A DNA stretch of 64,000 nt from Chrysomallon squamiferum. Lineage: Eukaryota > Animalia > Mollusca. The stretch spans positions 5,208,001 to 5,272,000 of the forward strand of contig CM022679.1 of NCBI GenBank assembly GCA_012295275.1, written 5' to 3'. The notes beneath the pieces were generated by a model. That model did not search any database. It was given only the letters and a program-made list of their open reading frames with translations, and was not told the DNA's origin. This document shows positions 12,045 to 24,004 of the stretch, piece by piece (positions within the stretch are counted from its first letter, which is position 1; each line of letters starts with the position of its first letter). The translations under genes and the position numbers were made by a program.

Positions 12045-12965
12045 ATGGGCAAAGACAAGAAATGGCATTACGAGGTGGATCGGAGACACGCGAGGAGGAA
12101 ACGCGGCACCTCGAAAGAAGCGAGGGTGCAGATTCGCAAAGGCATCGGCGCTTGCATATTTCTGCTCGGAATTCCCAACGTCATTGCCGGCATCATCATA
12201 ACGATTGTGGCGTACAGCAGAGACGACGCCACGATGCTGCCGTCTTCGTTCCCGGTTCTGGGACCGGTGCTGATAGTCCTCGCCACTCTCTGCTTTGTCG
12301 TCGGCAGCATCATGACCGACGTGCTCAACGTCACCACGTGCTGGGAGTCGTGCTGTTCCCGACCCCCGGAAGAGTTCTGCTGGAAGAGGTGCCCCAGGCT
12401 GTTTTCCCTGCTCTACCCTGACGAGGTGGTTAGAATTCAGCAGAGAAACGCCGGCCTATCGGCCCTCCAGACAGCCCCGGCAAAACCAGCGATCAGACAC
12501 TTCACAGAGGCGAAGCGTCACAAAACCTACTCCAAACGCGGCGTCCGCTTTTCGTCCGGCGACGTCTGCAACGGACCAACGGCGTCAACGTCGTCTGACA
12601 TCGCAACCATTTCAGAAACCGACGAAGGGCAGAAACATTCGCCTACGAGTTCACTGTTGTCTTTACGTCACTTCCGGATCGGTCCGTCGGACGAAAGCAC
12701 GTGGGTAGAAATACGGCACGGACCGCCCGTCTTTGAGCAGCAGTCGTACGAACACGTCACGGAATTCAGCGATCCCATGAACGGAAGCAGCGCTGTCGAC
12801 CAATCAGAAAAAAGCAAAGGCGTAACGAACCAATCGGATTTCATACTGTCTTCGGTTAATCGTTTCGACAATCAAAATGGAGGAATTTCCGGCCGAAAAA
12901 GCAGTCACTGTGATGTAATGATTCTACAGACTGTCGTTAATTATGGAGACAAGCCAGATGAATGA
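12045..12965 (+). CDS. Two-TM hairpin membrane protein, PIRT/TMEM100-like (paralog 1), 306 aa
   Basis: GC/CpG-rich ORF after the acceptor at 11992; TM1 GIGACIFLLGIPNVIAGIIITIVAY, short loop, TM2 VLGPVLIVLATLCFVVGSIM; Cys-rich juxtamembrane segment; disordered tail. Confidence 0.85.
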   Translation: MGKDKKWHYEVDRRHARRKRGTSKEARVQIRKGIGACIFLLGIPNVIAGIIITIVAYSRDDATMLPSSFPVLGPVLIVLATLCFVVGSIMTDVLNVTTCWESCCSRPPEEFCWKRCPRLFSLLYPDEVVRIQQRNAGLSALQTAPAKPAIRHFTEAKRHKTYSKRGVRFSSGDVCNGPTASTSSDIATISETDEGQKHSPTSSLLSLRHFRIGPSDESTWVEIRHGPPVFEQQSYEHVTEFSDPMNGSSAVDQSEKSKGVTNQSDFILSSVNRFDNQNGGISGRKSSHCDVMILQTVVNYGDKPDE

Positions 12966-14155
12966 CGTTTTGACTGTAATGTTTGTTTTAAAGCTTTAAA
13001 TACAATTATCACTATTTTCCTACCACTTTTAAAATTTTACTATTTATATTTTTCACTTTTTCAGTAAGAATGGAAATTTATGATATTTTGTTTTTCTTTT
13101 TAATACTGAAAGGAAAGGTTATATTTGATAATGGCTTTACTTTATGCCGTTAGATTATTATTTTTATTACTATTGATAAGTGCCAATATCTTTCATCACA
13201 TTTTTCACTTTATATACACTATATGTGTGTGTTTATTTTTCCATATATATATGTGTGTATGTTTTTTTTTCATCGTTAGAGTTTGTATTTGAGTCTATAA
13301 TGTTATGGTTGTATTATTATTATTATTATTATTATTATTGTTATTATTATTATTATAATACGATCTCATTCGTTAAGCCATACTTTTAGCAATCTAAATG
13401 ACAAACGCATTCATTGAAATCCCTCCAGAAAAAATACACACACACAAACATTCAAACTGAGATAAAAAAAAACTAAACAAAGAACAGCAACAACAATGAG
13501 CCCCCCAAAAAACCTCATAAACTACGTGCTTATATCTACACACTTTTCATCCACCCATCCACATGCTAACAAACACGTTAAAACTTCATGTGCACGCAAT
13601 CAGACGCACAAACACATAGACACTCATATACACATACAGAAACACACAAATCCCTAAGTGCCACAGTGGTAATCCCAGTGTTATGGTACCTGTATAGCAG
13701 GTACGTTTCTACCTTTGTTTCTACGTACCTCGTAATCTCTGAAGGGTATTTAGATTAGATTATTATTGTTCAGGTAAATTTGGACACCCGCTGACTGGCT
13801 TTATTGATTTCGTCTCAGGTACAGATAATCCTTTATTGTTTTAACCTTTATGATACCGAAGCATTGCTGATCGGTTTTGTATTTCAGATACTCAGATATT
13901 GTTTTATACAAGTAATACTCGACTTGGCAGTAAAGTCTGTGATATTAACATATGTTTCAAATAAAGTTTTGTCAGACTGAAAACATTGTTAGTTTTGTGT
14001 GAATTCAACGTCGTCATCATCATCATCATCATCATCTCCTCATAATCATTATTGTTGTTGTTGTTGTTGCTATTTGTTAGTGGTGATGGTTTTGTGGTCG
14101 TGGTTGTGTCATCATCATTATTACCCATTGGATGTTTTCCGCAGTTTGAATATAA

Positions 14156-14190
<35 letters not shown>

Positions 14191-14446
14191 ATAATAATAA
14201 TAATAGTTTGACCTCAGGAATAAGAGCAGCAGTTATTAATATGTTTATTACTCCGCTTACAAATAGTAATAATGAAAAAAAAAAAAAAAAAAAAAAATAA
14301 ATAAATAATAAATAAATAAAATCCAGAAAAATTTGTGGTAACTATTGCTACTCACTTGTTTAATTTCTGTTTCTTATACAAATAGAATAGCTTAAATAAA
14401 TATATCTAAAACAAAAGTGCATAATTATGTGTGTGAGAGAGCGAGC

Positions 14447-14525
<79 letters not shown>

Positions 14526-14729
14526 TACATGACTCATCATGACATATGAAATAAAGAAATACGGTTAATGAGTCTACAAACCCTCTTAACCAGTTTATCA
14601 AAGAACCTAATTAGAGTCGGAGATCAAAAGCGAAATATGACCTATAAATGAACACGTAATAGTACTTGGTAACATTAGATATTGTTAATTATTTCAAGAA
14701 ACAGGGTTGCTATTTGTTTTGCAGATCAC

Positions 14730-14802
<73 letters not shown>

Positions 14803-16349
14803 ATTTTTTTTATTAGAAAACGGACCACACCCTCCCTCCAAAACAACAACAACACAATAAGAACACAAACAAACAATAACAAGCACCGCCCCAAACAACA
14901 AACAACACAGAGAGAAGCACACGTGTACAGTTAAATTGAAAAATGGATGTTGTCAGGTAGGGAGATGAATTTGCCTAGAGGTGGCTGTTAATAAAAAAAT
15001 AACCACTGTTTTCTTCTATCGCGACATTTCACTGAGATACTCAGCTTTAACTGAATTGTTTTGTTATGCGTATTCTGATAAAATACCCTAGTATTTTTTT
15101 TATTAAGAAAGCTGTAAAAAGATTTTAAAAAATTCAAAGCTCCTACGGCCAATGTCGTGTCAATGGAATAACCAAAGCGAGTGCACCATTGTTATCCTAC
15201 ACGATTAGCTGGCTTTAATCCAGCCCTTGGATTAACACAGACAGACACATAAATAGATCGACATAATTAGACAGACAGATAGGCTGACGAAGAAAATGTC
15301 TGAGCCATAAATACATGTACATACAAAGGTCGTGAGACAAATCCAAAAACAAAATAAAAAATAAAATAAAAATAAAAATAAAATAAGTACAGAATAATTT
15401 TGAACTTCGTATCATGATGTGTGGTGTTTTCATTTATCGAACTCAGTGTTTGCTTTTTAACCACAAATCTGCTGCTTTGTGCAGCGGTTGCAATCACTGT
15501 AAAACGAAGCGCAACACGCTGAGTAAACTATTTATGCACATTGAAAATCCGTGTAATCTTTCGGATCGATTGATTGTACAAACAGTGAGAAACCGTAGGC
15601 GTTTATATAGAATCCAATTTAAAGTAGACAACGTTAGATTAATGACAAAATTGAAAAAAAAAAAAAAAAAAAAGGAATTTCTCTTTTCGTATTCCTCGTT
15701 AAAAAAAACAAAAAAAAAAAAACAAACAAACAAACAAACAAACAAAACCCACCCTACAACCTCGTTCTGCTAATCAATGAAAACTTTCATTCTCACAATG
15801 CACAGCTCAGTCATTCAGTCTGAAAGGGCCCGCTTTGACCAGCAAAATGTTCGCTTTGTTGCTTTATTGGAGTTACCCGCCCTGAATACTGATCTCGACT
15901 GATGTTATGAAAGTGCCATGGCGACCGGGGTCAGGCGAGCGGGACAGAGTATCCCGTCAACGCCGACAAACAACCAACAACAGTTTTTTACTATTGTTTA
16001 CAGAATCAGTACGGAATGTGGTCCAGGTACTGAACGGACAGACGTCTTCAAGTGAAACAAGTAAGTTGTTTTTATCAAACGTATTTTGTTTTCTAGGCCA
16101 TGTTGGTGGTTATATTACTCCCGTTATGTTTGATAAAGTAAGCCGTCCCATAAGAAGACGCCATCCTTTAATCATTTTGTGCTGTTTACTATTAACATGT
16201 ATATAACGGGGTACTGAGAAGTATAAACAGAGAGGCACCAGTAGTATCTAAAATACTGTTATAAAGAAGCCAGATTTATCGCGTCTACATTTTATTTGTG
16301 TTATAGGTGCGTCTGTGCATCTTTATGTATGTGTATGAATGTATATTTG

Positions 16350-16380
<31 letters not shown>

Positions 16381-17117
16381 GTGTACATATGGGTGTGCAT
16401 ATATATGTATGTATGTATAAATCGATAGAAATAATGTATGTGTGTGAATGTATATTTGTATATGTATGTATGTATGTTTGTATGCATGTGTATATATTTG
16501 TATGTGTATGTGTGTTTATATATATGTATGTTTGTGTGTGTATATATGTGTGTGACAAACTCTTTTGTAATATTTTTTATTTATTTATTTATTGAAAAGA
16601 AATATATATATAAAAAGTAAATTGTAACATTTATTTTAAAATTTTATTTATTTTAAACTTTATTTATTTTTAGTTGTTTATTTACTTTTAGAAAAGAGAA
16701 AACTCTTATCAGTTTTAATCACTTTGACATCAGAGTGATTTAATATTTCCCTGCATTCAGTCAAAACGTTTGCTACCTATCACTTAGCCATTAACATTGC
16801 TTTATCGAAATTAATTAACGTTTCTATTTCAGCGTTGATTAAATGAATATTTACATTAGCACCTATTGTCATTATTCGTTGATCGTGTAGTTTTGTACAC
16901 TGACTTTATCCTGGTGGGAAGGCCCGCTGCTTCTGTTTAAAACAGTTAATCTTTTCAGTTACCTGCAAGAAATCAGTTTATCCGTCTGCCTGTGGGCAGA
17001 AAATAATGCATGATTGTGTTTGATGCATCAAACACAGGCAGTGGTTGCATTGTGAAATGGTACAGAAAATGCAACCAGTCGCATTTTACAGTTATATAAA
17101 AGTTAGAAAATTAATGA

Positions 17118-17173
<56 letters not shown>

Positions 17174-18270
17174 TGATGACGATAACGATTATAATAATAA
17201 TGATGATGATAATTACGATAATTTTAATGCAGATAATGATGATAATAATATAATAGACTATACTGATAAAAAGAAACAATAAAAGAAAAAAAAAATAAAT
17301 CTTATAAAAATATATATTTATAAACAAAATATAAAATATAATAACAAAAGAAACGACACTTAAATCTATATCAAAAATAAATAATTATAAAAAAAAAATA
17401 ATAAAAAATATCTGAATATTTCATAAATCGCTATTGTGAAGGTGTCCATAATATTAATAAACATCATAATTTCATATACATTAATGTCGCTTAATAACAG
17501 TTTCTAAAATATTGTAATTTTTATTTATTATTATTATTGTTATTTTTTTTAATTATTATTATTATTTTTTTTAATCACTTACCGTTTTGATTACAAATAA
17601 TCTACTGCAATGCACCATATTTATTTTTACAATTCTTGTCCACATTTCGAATATAGTTAACAGAAAAAATGTACATGCACCAATATTTATTTATTTATTT
17701 ATTCATTATTTTGTGATATATTCTATTTTAAATAAAACAAATATTTGTTTTTTCATTACTTTATTTATGAAACTAATTAATTATTATATATTTATTTATT
17801 TATTTATTTATTATTATTTAATTATTGCATTAGTATTAACTGGCTAGAAATAGGCTTGAATCCTTTACATTTATAAATACTGTATTTATATTCATATGTT
17901 TATAGGTATAGTTCAAATAGCTATATATCTATGAATATAGTGACCTTCGTATATAATAACTATATATTCATGTAGTAATAATAGAAATTTATACAGAGCT
18001 GATGACTATGTTTATATAATTCTGACATTTATATTTTTATACCGTGTTGACTTTTATAAATGTTGTATAGAACCTTGTACGTTTGATACCGATGTATTCA
18101 TATATGAGTGATATTTATACTTACACTACTGTGCTATATTTATGTTTTCTAAAAATAGTACAGAACCTGTAATCCACAACGCTAAACCCTATTGAAATTA
18201 ATCTTGTTAACCCTGTTAATACATTTTTTTAAGAATTATATAAATAAATAAATAAATTAATTAATTAATT

Positions 18271-18337
<67 letters not shown>

Positions 18338-18538
18338 GTATTAGTAGTAGTACTAGTAGTAGAAGTAGTTGTAGTAGTAGTAATAATAATAAAAATAACT
18401 GTAATAATAAAAACTGCACATAAAATGATCATTTCATACTTCAATCAGTACTGTTCACACGTAATGGTAATCTTATTTAGAAGTTAGAATTAACCACGAA
18501 ACTAGCCTGTATTCAAATCACCACACAGTTGATATCTG

Positions 18539-21500
18539 CTATCGGCCTGCACGGGCATCGTATCTTTTAAAAGGACTCGCAGATTCAGAAGCAGCATCGT
18601 CTGGGTGGAACAGTCTGCCCGACCTCGGCTGGCCTTTCGCGAACTGCGGGGACGGGGAAAGGGTGTATTCTTTTGAAACGTTCGTTTGCTCGTACACGGG
18701 CGTGGGAGAAAGCTGCTTGGGCTCTGCTATGAAACTTTCATTTGCTCGACCTTTTTTCAGACTGAAAGTTGGAACGTGGATCGGTTCGTAAGAAGAATTT
18801 CTCGTTTCAGACTGCAAAGAATGATCGCATGGTCTGTGAGCTTCCGTGCTAGTCCAAGACAAATTTGGGATTAGACTAGCTTCGGCTTCAATTTTGCCTT
18901 TAGCTCGAACAGCATGATCACTTCTGTGACCGTCTTTAAACTGTTGTTCTCTGTGATCGCCCCAAGAAACGTCTTTAGACCGAGGCGGGTAATCCTGAAC
19001 CATAATCCCAGGACGATCGGTTTCCTGAAATCGCCGTGGGTATCCATCTTTAGTTCGTACATGGTGACCGGTTTCTTTGAATCTATCAGAGTGCTCAGCT
19101 TCCTGATGTCGCATAGGTGGGTTACCGCATCTCGACTGATTCTTGTATGGCTCCGCCTTATCGTGTCCCGATTTCTCTTGAAGTTGGGTAGGATTGCCGC
19201 TTCCTTTAAATCTGTCCGGGTGATCTGTTTTAGATATTTCGTTAGATGTTTTAGAATGGTCAGTTTCTTTGTTTCGCTCACTCTCATTAGACCAAGGCAT
19301 TTCATTCCCGCGTTCATGATGATTATATCTAGGTGATTCTTTCTCACGTTCAGATTGATTAGATATAGGTGCCTCATTCCTACGTTCTGGTTGTTTAGAT
19401 CTAGGTGCTTCTTTGAATCTGTCCATTTGATCGTATCTAGATGCTTCTGGGATTCTCTGAGTTTGATTATGCCTACACATTTCTGGGAATCTCTCAGTGT
19501 GATTACATCTAGATGATTCTTCGACTCTCTCAATTAGACTACATCTAGGTACATCTACAATCCTCTCAGTTTGATTGCTTCTAGGTGATTCTTCGATTCT
19601 CTCAATTAAATCACACGTAGGTGCTTGTACGATTCTTTCAATTAGTTTACACCTAGGTGCTTCTTTAGGTCGTTTAGGGTAACTAGCTTCTTCGATTCTT
19701 TCAATTAGTTCACACCTAGGTGCTTCTTTAGGTCGTTTAGTGTAGTTAGCTTCTTGAGCTCGCAAACGCTGATCTGCCCTAGTTACATTTGCAGATTCAT
19801 GAGTATCCGAATGACCATAATCTTTGGGTTCAAAACACTGATTGCACTTTGGTGGTTCTTTAAACCGTTCAGGATTGTCAGACGTATCTAGGAACTGCAC
19901 GGTAACATTAGACTTACGTCCACCTTGAAGTCGCTCTGCACGACTAAATCTGCTTGTGTCTTTATGCTGATCGTGTTTTTCGTGCCGTTTACGACGACTA
20001 CTTCGGGATCCTTCTTTCTGACCGCTGGACTCTTTTGATCGCTCTCTGTGACAAACCAGTGGGATGTCTTTAAACTCCTCTTTTCTATCTTTTTCCTCTT
20101 TAATTTTTTCTTTAGCATCGGACGTGGACTTGTCTTGGTTATCTCCATCGCAGCCGTGTTCTTGCACGGTCGCATCACTTTTGGATTTCCTCTTTCTGAA
20201 ATCTGTGAAGTCAAATATTGATATTTGTTTGTATCGTTTTGTCTGTTCAGGAACTGTAGGCTTTTTCATCCGTTCTTCGAGGTCGAACACATGTTTATCT
20301 CCCGATTCGACTTTTACAGGCTTCACATCAGATTCTTGGACTTCGCAGTTTTCAGAGAAATCGGATGAATGTGCCTCTTCGACGCAATTATTGTCGATAT
20401 TCTTCGCCGATATTTTACGATCCAAAGAAATCGTCCTCGTTCCTTGCTCCAGTCGACCTGCCATTGTCTTCGCGGGTTCCCTGATCTGACAAGACGTTTC
20501 AAGTGATTTAGATTCTGTTTCTTGAGAGGACGATGTTTCCTCTCTTGTTTGTTTTTCCTTAAGCTCTTCGATTACAGCGTCCTTGCTGCCATTCTCGAGA
20601 GTTTGCGAAATGTCGATGGTACCATTAACGACAGGCTTACCGAAGGAATCACCGTCACCCAGGTTCTGACTACAGTTTTTGAGGAACATTATTGGTAAGT
20701 CCTGCAACTTCACGTTTTCAGTTGATTTTGACGAGGGTCCTTCCATCGGATCACTGTTGTCTTTAGACTTTTTGATTTTCTGAATGTCCCCACCCTCCGC
20801 TGTTACGTGTGTCTTGTCTCTTTGACAGTTATTTTTTTCTTTAATTATGATTATACGATCCTTGGTCTTTTCTCTGCTCGGTTTCTGATCGGGTTGACTC
20901 TGTTGCGGCTTCTTGCTTTGTTCTTTTTTATCCTTGTCAACAGATGTTAATCCTTGCTGTTTAAAGTCCTTCATTGCGATGTTGTTCAACAGGCTGGAAA
21001 CTAACTCGACGTCTTCCTTCGGCTGGTTGTGGACGTTCACCTTCCTCTTGGGAATACTTCTCAGGATGTTCATTATCAAGTCGACAATGAGCAGACCCTC
21101 CGAGTACGTCAGGTGTATGGCATCTTCGAACTTGTCCAGTAGCTCTTTCCCAATTTCCGACCGACTCTTCACGAAAGCCATCACCTTTTTCTCCGTGTCG
21201 CCCTTGATCAACTCCATCGCTCTTTCGGACTCAGAAACCATGTACTTGATCTGCGTGGCCTGCATCTTGGGCATCTTCCCTCTTTTCAGCATGTTTTCGT
21301 ACTCCAGCGACATGCTCTGCATTTCCGATTTCCTCGAGTGATAATTCCTGAGACTGGTGTGAGCGTCGGATATCTGAATCTGGTATTCGCTCAGTCGAGT
21401 CGCTAGCGAACCAATGGAGTCGCGCGCCAACTGCCAGATCTCCGCCTGGTCTTCCAGGTACGTGCTGAGCTGATTTAGACTAGGCCAGTTTTCCGGGCAC

Positions 21501-21673
21501 ATTTCCACAACAGACTTCATCAGCTCGCGCTTGCTCGTTTTCATTTCGTCTATCTTCTGTAAGTAATCTTCCAGCGCTGAAATTACTTTAGCAGCCTGCA
21601 ACGGAGGTTTTGTAAAAATACTTAACTCGTTGGTGTTGCTGTTAGGTTTTTGGTCCTCTTTGGAATTCTCCAT
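18539..21673 (-). CDS. Intronless 1044-aa protein: N-terminal divergent amphiphysin/BIN-like BAR domain, long charged disordered tail with 12-aa repeats
   Basis: 3.1-kb uninterrupted ORF in AT-rich DNA; helical aa ~30-205 with the pattern L..YL..I..M..S...L....E.....WP..........W and a later ..SR.. motif as in BIN1/AMPH BAR domains (recalled, aligned by eye); no SH3 seen. Confidence 0.85.
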   Translation of the reverse strand: MENSKEDQKPNSNTNELSIFTKPPLQAAKVISALEDYLQKIDEMKTSKRELMKSVVEMCPENWPSLNQLSTYLEDQAEIWQLARDSIGSLATRLSEYQIQISDAHTSLRNYHSRKSEMQSMSLEYENMLKRGKMPKMQATQIKYMVSESERAMELIKGDTEKKVMAFVKSRSEIGKELLDKFEDAIHLTYSEGLLIVDLIMNILRSIPKRKVNVHNQPKEDVELVSSLLNNIAMKDFKQQGLTSVDKDKKEQSKKPQQSQPDQKPSREKTKDRIIIIKEKNNCQRDKTHVTAEGGDIQKIKKSKDNSDPMEGPSSKSTENVKLQDLPIMFLKNCSQNLGDGDSFGKPVVNGTIDISQTLENGSKDAVIEELKEKQTREETSSSQETESKSLETSCQIREPAKTMAGRLEQGTRTISLDRKISAKNIDNNCVEEAHSSDFSENCEVQESDVKPVKVESGDKHVFDLEERMKKPTVPEQTKRYKQISIFDFTDFRKRKSKSDATVQEHGCDGDNQDKSTSDAKEKIKEEKDRKEEFKDIPLVCHRERSKESSGQKEGSRSSRRKRHEKHDQHKDTSRFSRAERLQGGRKSNVTVQFLDTSDNPERFKEPPKCNQCFEPKDYGHSDTHESANVTRADQRLRAQEANYTKRPKEAPRCELIERIEEASYPKRPKEAPRCKLIERIVQAPTCDLIERIEESPRSNQTERIVDVPRCSLIERVEESSRCNHTERFPEMCRHNQTQRIPEASRYDQMDRFKEAPRSKQPERRNEAPISNQSEREKESPRYNHHERGNEMPWSNESERNKETDHSKTSNEISKTDHPDRFKGSGNPTQLQEKSGHDKAEPYKNQSRCGNPPMRHQEAEHSDRFKETGHHVRTKDGYPRRFQETDRPGIMVQDYPPRSKDVSWGDHREQQFKDGHRSDHAVRAKGKIEAEASLIPNLSWTSTEAHRPCDHSLQSETRNSSYEPIHVPTFSLKKGRANESFIAEPKQLSPTPVYEQTNVSKEYTLSPSPQFAKGQPRSGRLFHPDDAASESASPFKRYDARAGR
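19268..19753 (-). repeat. Coding 36-bp (12-aa) tandem repeat within the BAR-like gene
   Basis: EAPRCELIERIE / EAPRCKLIERIV / QAPTCDLIERIE / ESPRSNQTERIV / DVPRCSLIERVE / ESSRCNHTERFP / EMCRHNQTQRIP / EASRYDQMDRFK / EAPRSKQPERRN / EAPISNQSEREK / ESPRYNHHERGN / EMPWSNESERNK. Confidence 0.85.
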
Positions 21674-21756
21674 GTTATATAGATTTCTATAGATTTTACA
21701 CCGATTCGTGGAATATACTGTAATGTTACGAAGATACTTTCACAAAAACAGTACCG

Positions 21757-21764
21757 TGACGTCA
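21757..21764. promoter_or_regulatory. Perfect CRE palindrome upstream of the BAR-like gene
   Basis: TGACGTCA ~85 bp 5' of the ATG; TGACG half sites at ~21776 and ~21796; second perfect CRE at 22317-22324. Confidence 0.4.
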
Positions 21765-21821
21765 TAGTCGGCAAATGACGTAGAAAAGTTGTGAATGACG
21801 AAGTGGGCAAATAACGTTGAA

Positions 21822-21853
<32 letters not shown>

Positions 21854-22123
21854 GCAACAACATAAATAGATAAATAAATAAATAAATAAATAAATAACAA
21901 TAAGACTAACAAAAACAAAGAAAGAAATATATTTTTATTATTAACATAAATATAACATTTTAAACGCAATTAATATATATATATATATTTTTTTTGGTCA
22001 TAAACCATAAATAAATAAATAAAAATAATAAAAAGGGTAAAAATTAGTACAATGTAGGACAAAGTCAGATAAAAAAAAAATATCTCTTTTAAAAAACTGG
22101 AATTTCCTTTCTTTCGTTTTTTT

Positions 22124-22176
<53 letters not shown>

Positions 22177-22233
22177 TAACAAAGTAATCATCTCAGAATG
22201 ATAAATAAATAAATTTCAACACAGCCGAGTAAA

Positions 22234-22267
<34 letters not shown>

Positions 22268-22510
22268 AAGAAGGAGAAAGAAAAAAAGAAGCTTAACTCC
22301 CTTTATTTAGGAGAAATGACGTCATCTTGCCAAAATAATGTTGACGTAGATAAAGCAAGGTGTCGTTTAGCAAAACAATGTACTACCGACATAATTCTTC
22401 AACATTTATTTATTTTAAATAATTATATATTAAACTGGCAGTTTCGATCAAATATATTTATATATTATTTAGACAGAGCTACTTACGTATGTACAAAAAA
22501 AAAAAAAAAA

Positions 22511-22544
<34 letters not shown>

Positions 22545-23963
22545 TAAACTCGAGATACTAGAAAATATCCTGTTTCATTGAATACAGCCTTAAGAAACAA
22601 ACAAAAGGAGACCAACTTAAAAGAAAAATATCTATCTATCTTGACAATTGAAGATGTACCATTATTTTCCTTTTATTTTATTATGTCAACTGGCCAAATA
22701 CTGTGATCCAGAACGAAAAAATAAAAATAAAAAATAAAAATAAAAAACTGACAAAAATGCCTATATCTCCTTAAAATGTATAAAAGAGAAGTGTAAACAG
22801 TTTTGTATTTTGTTGAAGCCAATGAAAACAAAAACTGAAAATCGCTGAAAACAGAATTAGTGTATAAACAAAAGCATTCATGTAGTTTATAAATATGTTA
22901 AACAAACGCTCTCGACCAATCAGAAGGCAGCATTTGGTTGATAAAAAAACAAACCTCCTTCGAACAAACCTCCTTCGCAACGTTAGATTTCCATGAAATT
23001 TGGCAGAAATAAAGTTAAATAAATGATCTCTCGAAAGCGTGTGTATTTTAAAAATCGTTTGCTCACATGCTAAGCTTACTTGGATGATTATGTAAGGAAA
23101 ATTTAAAACTTTTTTTCGCAAGAATATTGGAGATGCGTGTATTAATAAAACTTAAAATTTCGCAAGCGCGGATTCGTGGAAATGTTTCAGAACATCATGA
23201 GAAAAGATTTGTTATTAGAAATCTATTTATAAGCAGTCAGCAGGCCATTTTCTGGGGTGCTCTCCCCATCCGCTACTTCTCGAGAACGAGATCATCAGTG
23301 ATAGACGGAAAAGCCGAGATAGCGTAAAACGCGTTTTTGTGAATAAGATAATGTAAATCCGTCTAGAAATCACAGTTAACTAGTAACATAATTTTCTTCT
23401 TTTTTTTTGTTCTCCTTTTCTTTCTTTCTTTCTTTCTTTCCCCCAGCGTGGGATAGGTATCGTCATTTTTCAGGCTATAGGGTCTTATAACCTATCTGCT
23501 TGAAAGGGTTAAGGTCAACGAGCAAATATTGAATAAGGTCCAGGACCGTAATTTAAAGAAAAGGATGAAGTGAAACTACTTATGCAAGTTTACAATTTTT
23601 TTTTTTTAGTTTTGCGATATTCAGGCAACAAATTTCAATTCTTTATCAGGTTGTTACTGCGATCTTCGTGGAAGTCGATAATGGCAGTTTATCCTGGAAC
23701 CGTGAATTAACAATGCAAAAGCCATTCAGTCGGCCGACATGCATTTTTTTTTTGAGCCTATTCAAATATACTAGATTTTATTACCTGCTGCGTTATGTTA
23801 GCATTTGTAACACAAACCTGAATCGATGAACGACGTCGCTAGACTCAGACATGTGAGCAGGGAAGCGTGATGGAGCGTGTTAAATTAATTATTGTTGGAA
23901 TTTCAGGTAACATAGTTCAATACGTACACTGTCGGTTATTTATTTATATATTTATTGGTGTTT

Positions 23964-24004
<41 letters not shown>

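Noticed and set aside
15907-16206. 99-aa ORF as a sixth cluster gene
   Set aside because: No TM hairpin; it runs through a strong splice donor at 16061, so it is more likely a non-coding exon
18686-21341. Alternative-frame and antisense ORFs over the BAR-like gene (e.g. 18871-19533, 220 aa)
   Set aside because: Shadows of the long ORF, kept open by the 36-bp repeat and codon bias; no independent evidence
22293-23512. Possible piggyBac-like element ending aaagggTTAA with transposon-like internal sequence
   Set aside because: No convincing matching left TIR and no transposase; may be a repeat relic but boundaries cannot be supported
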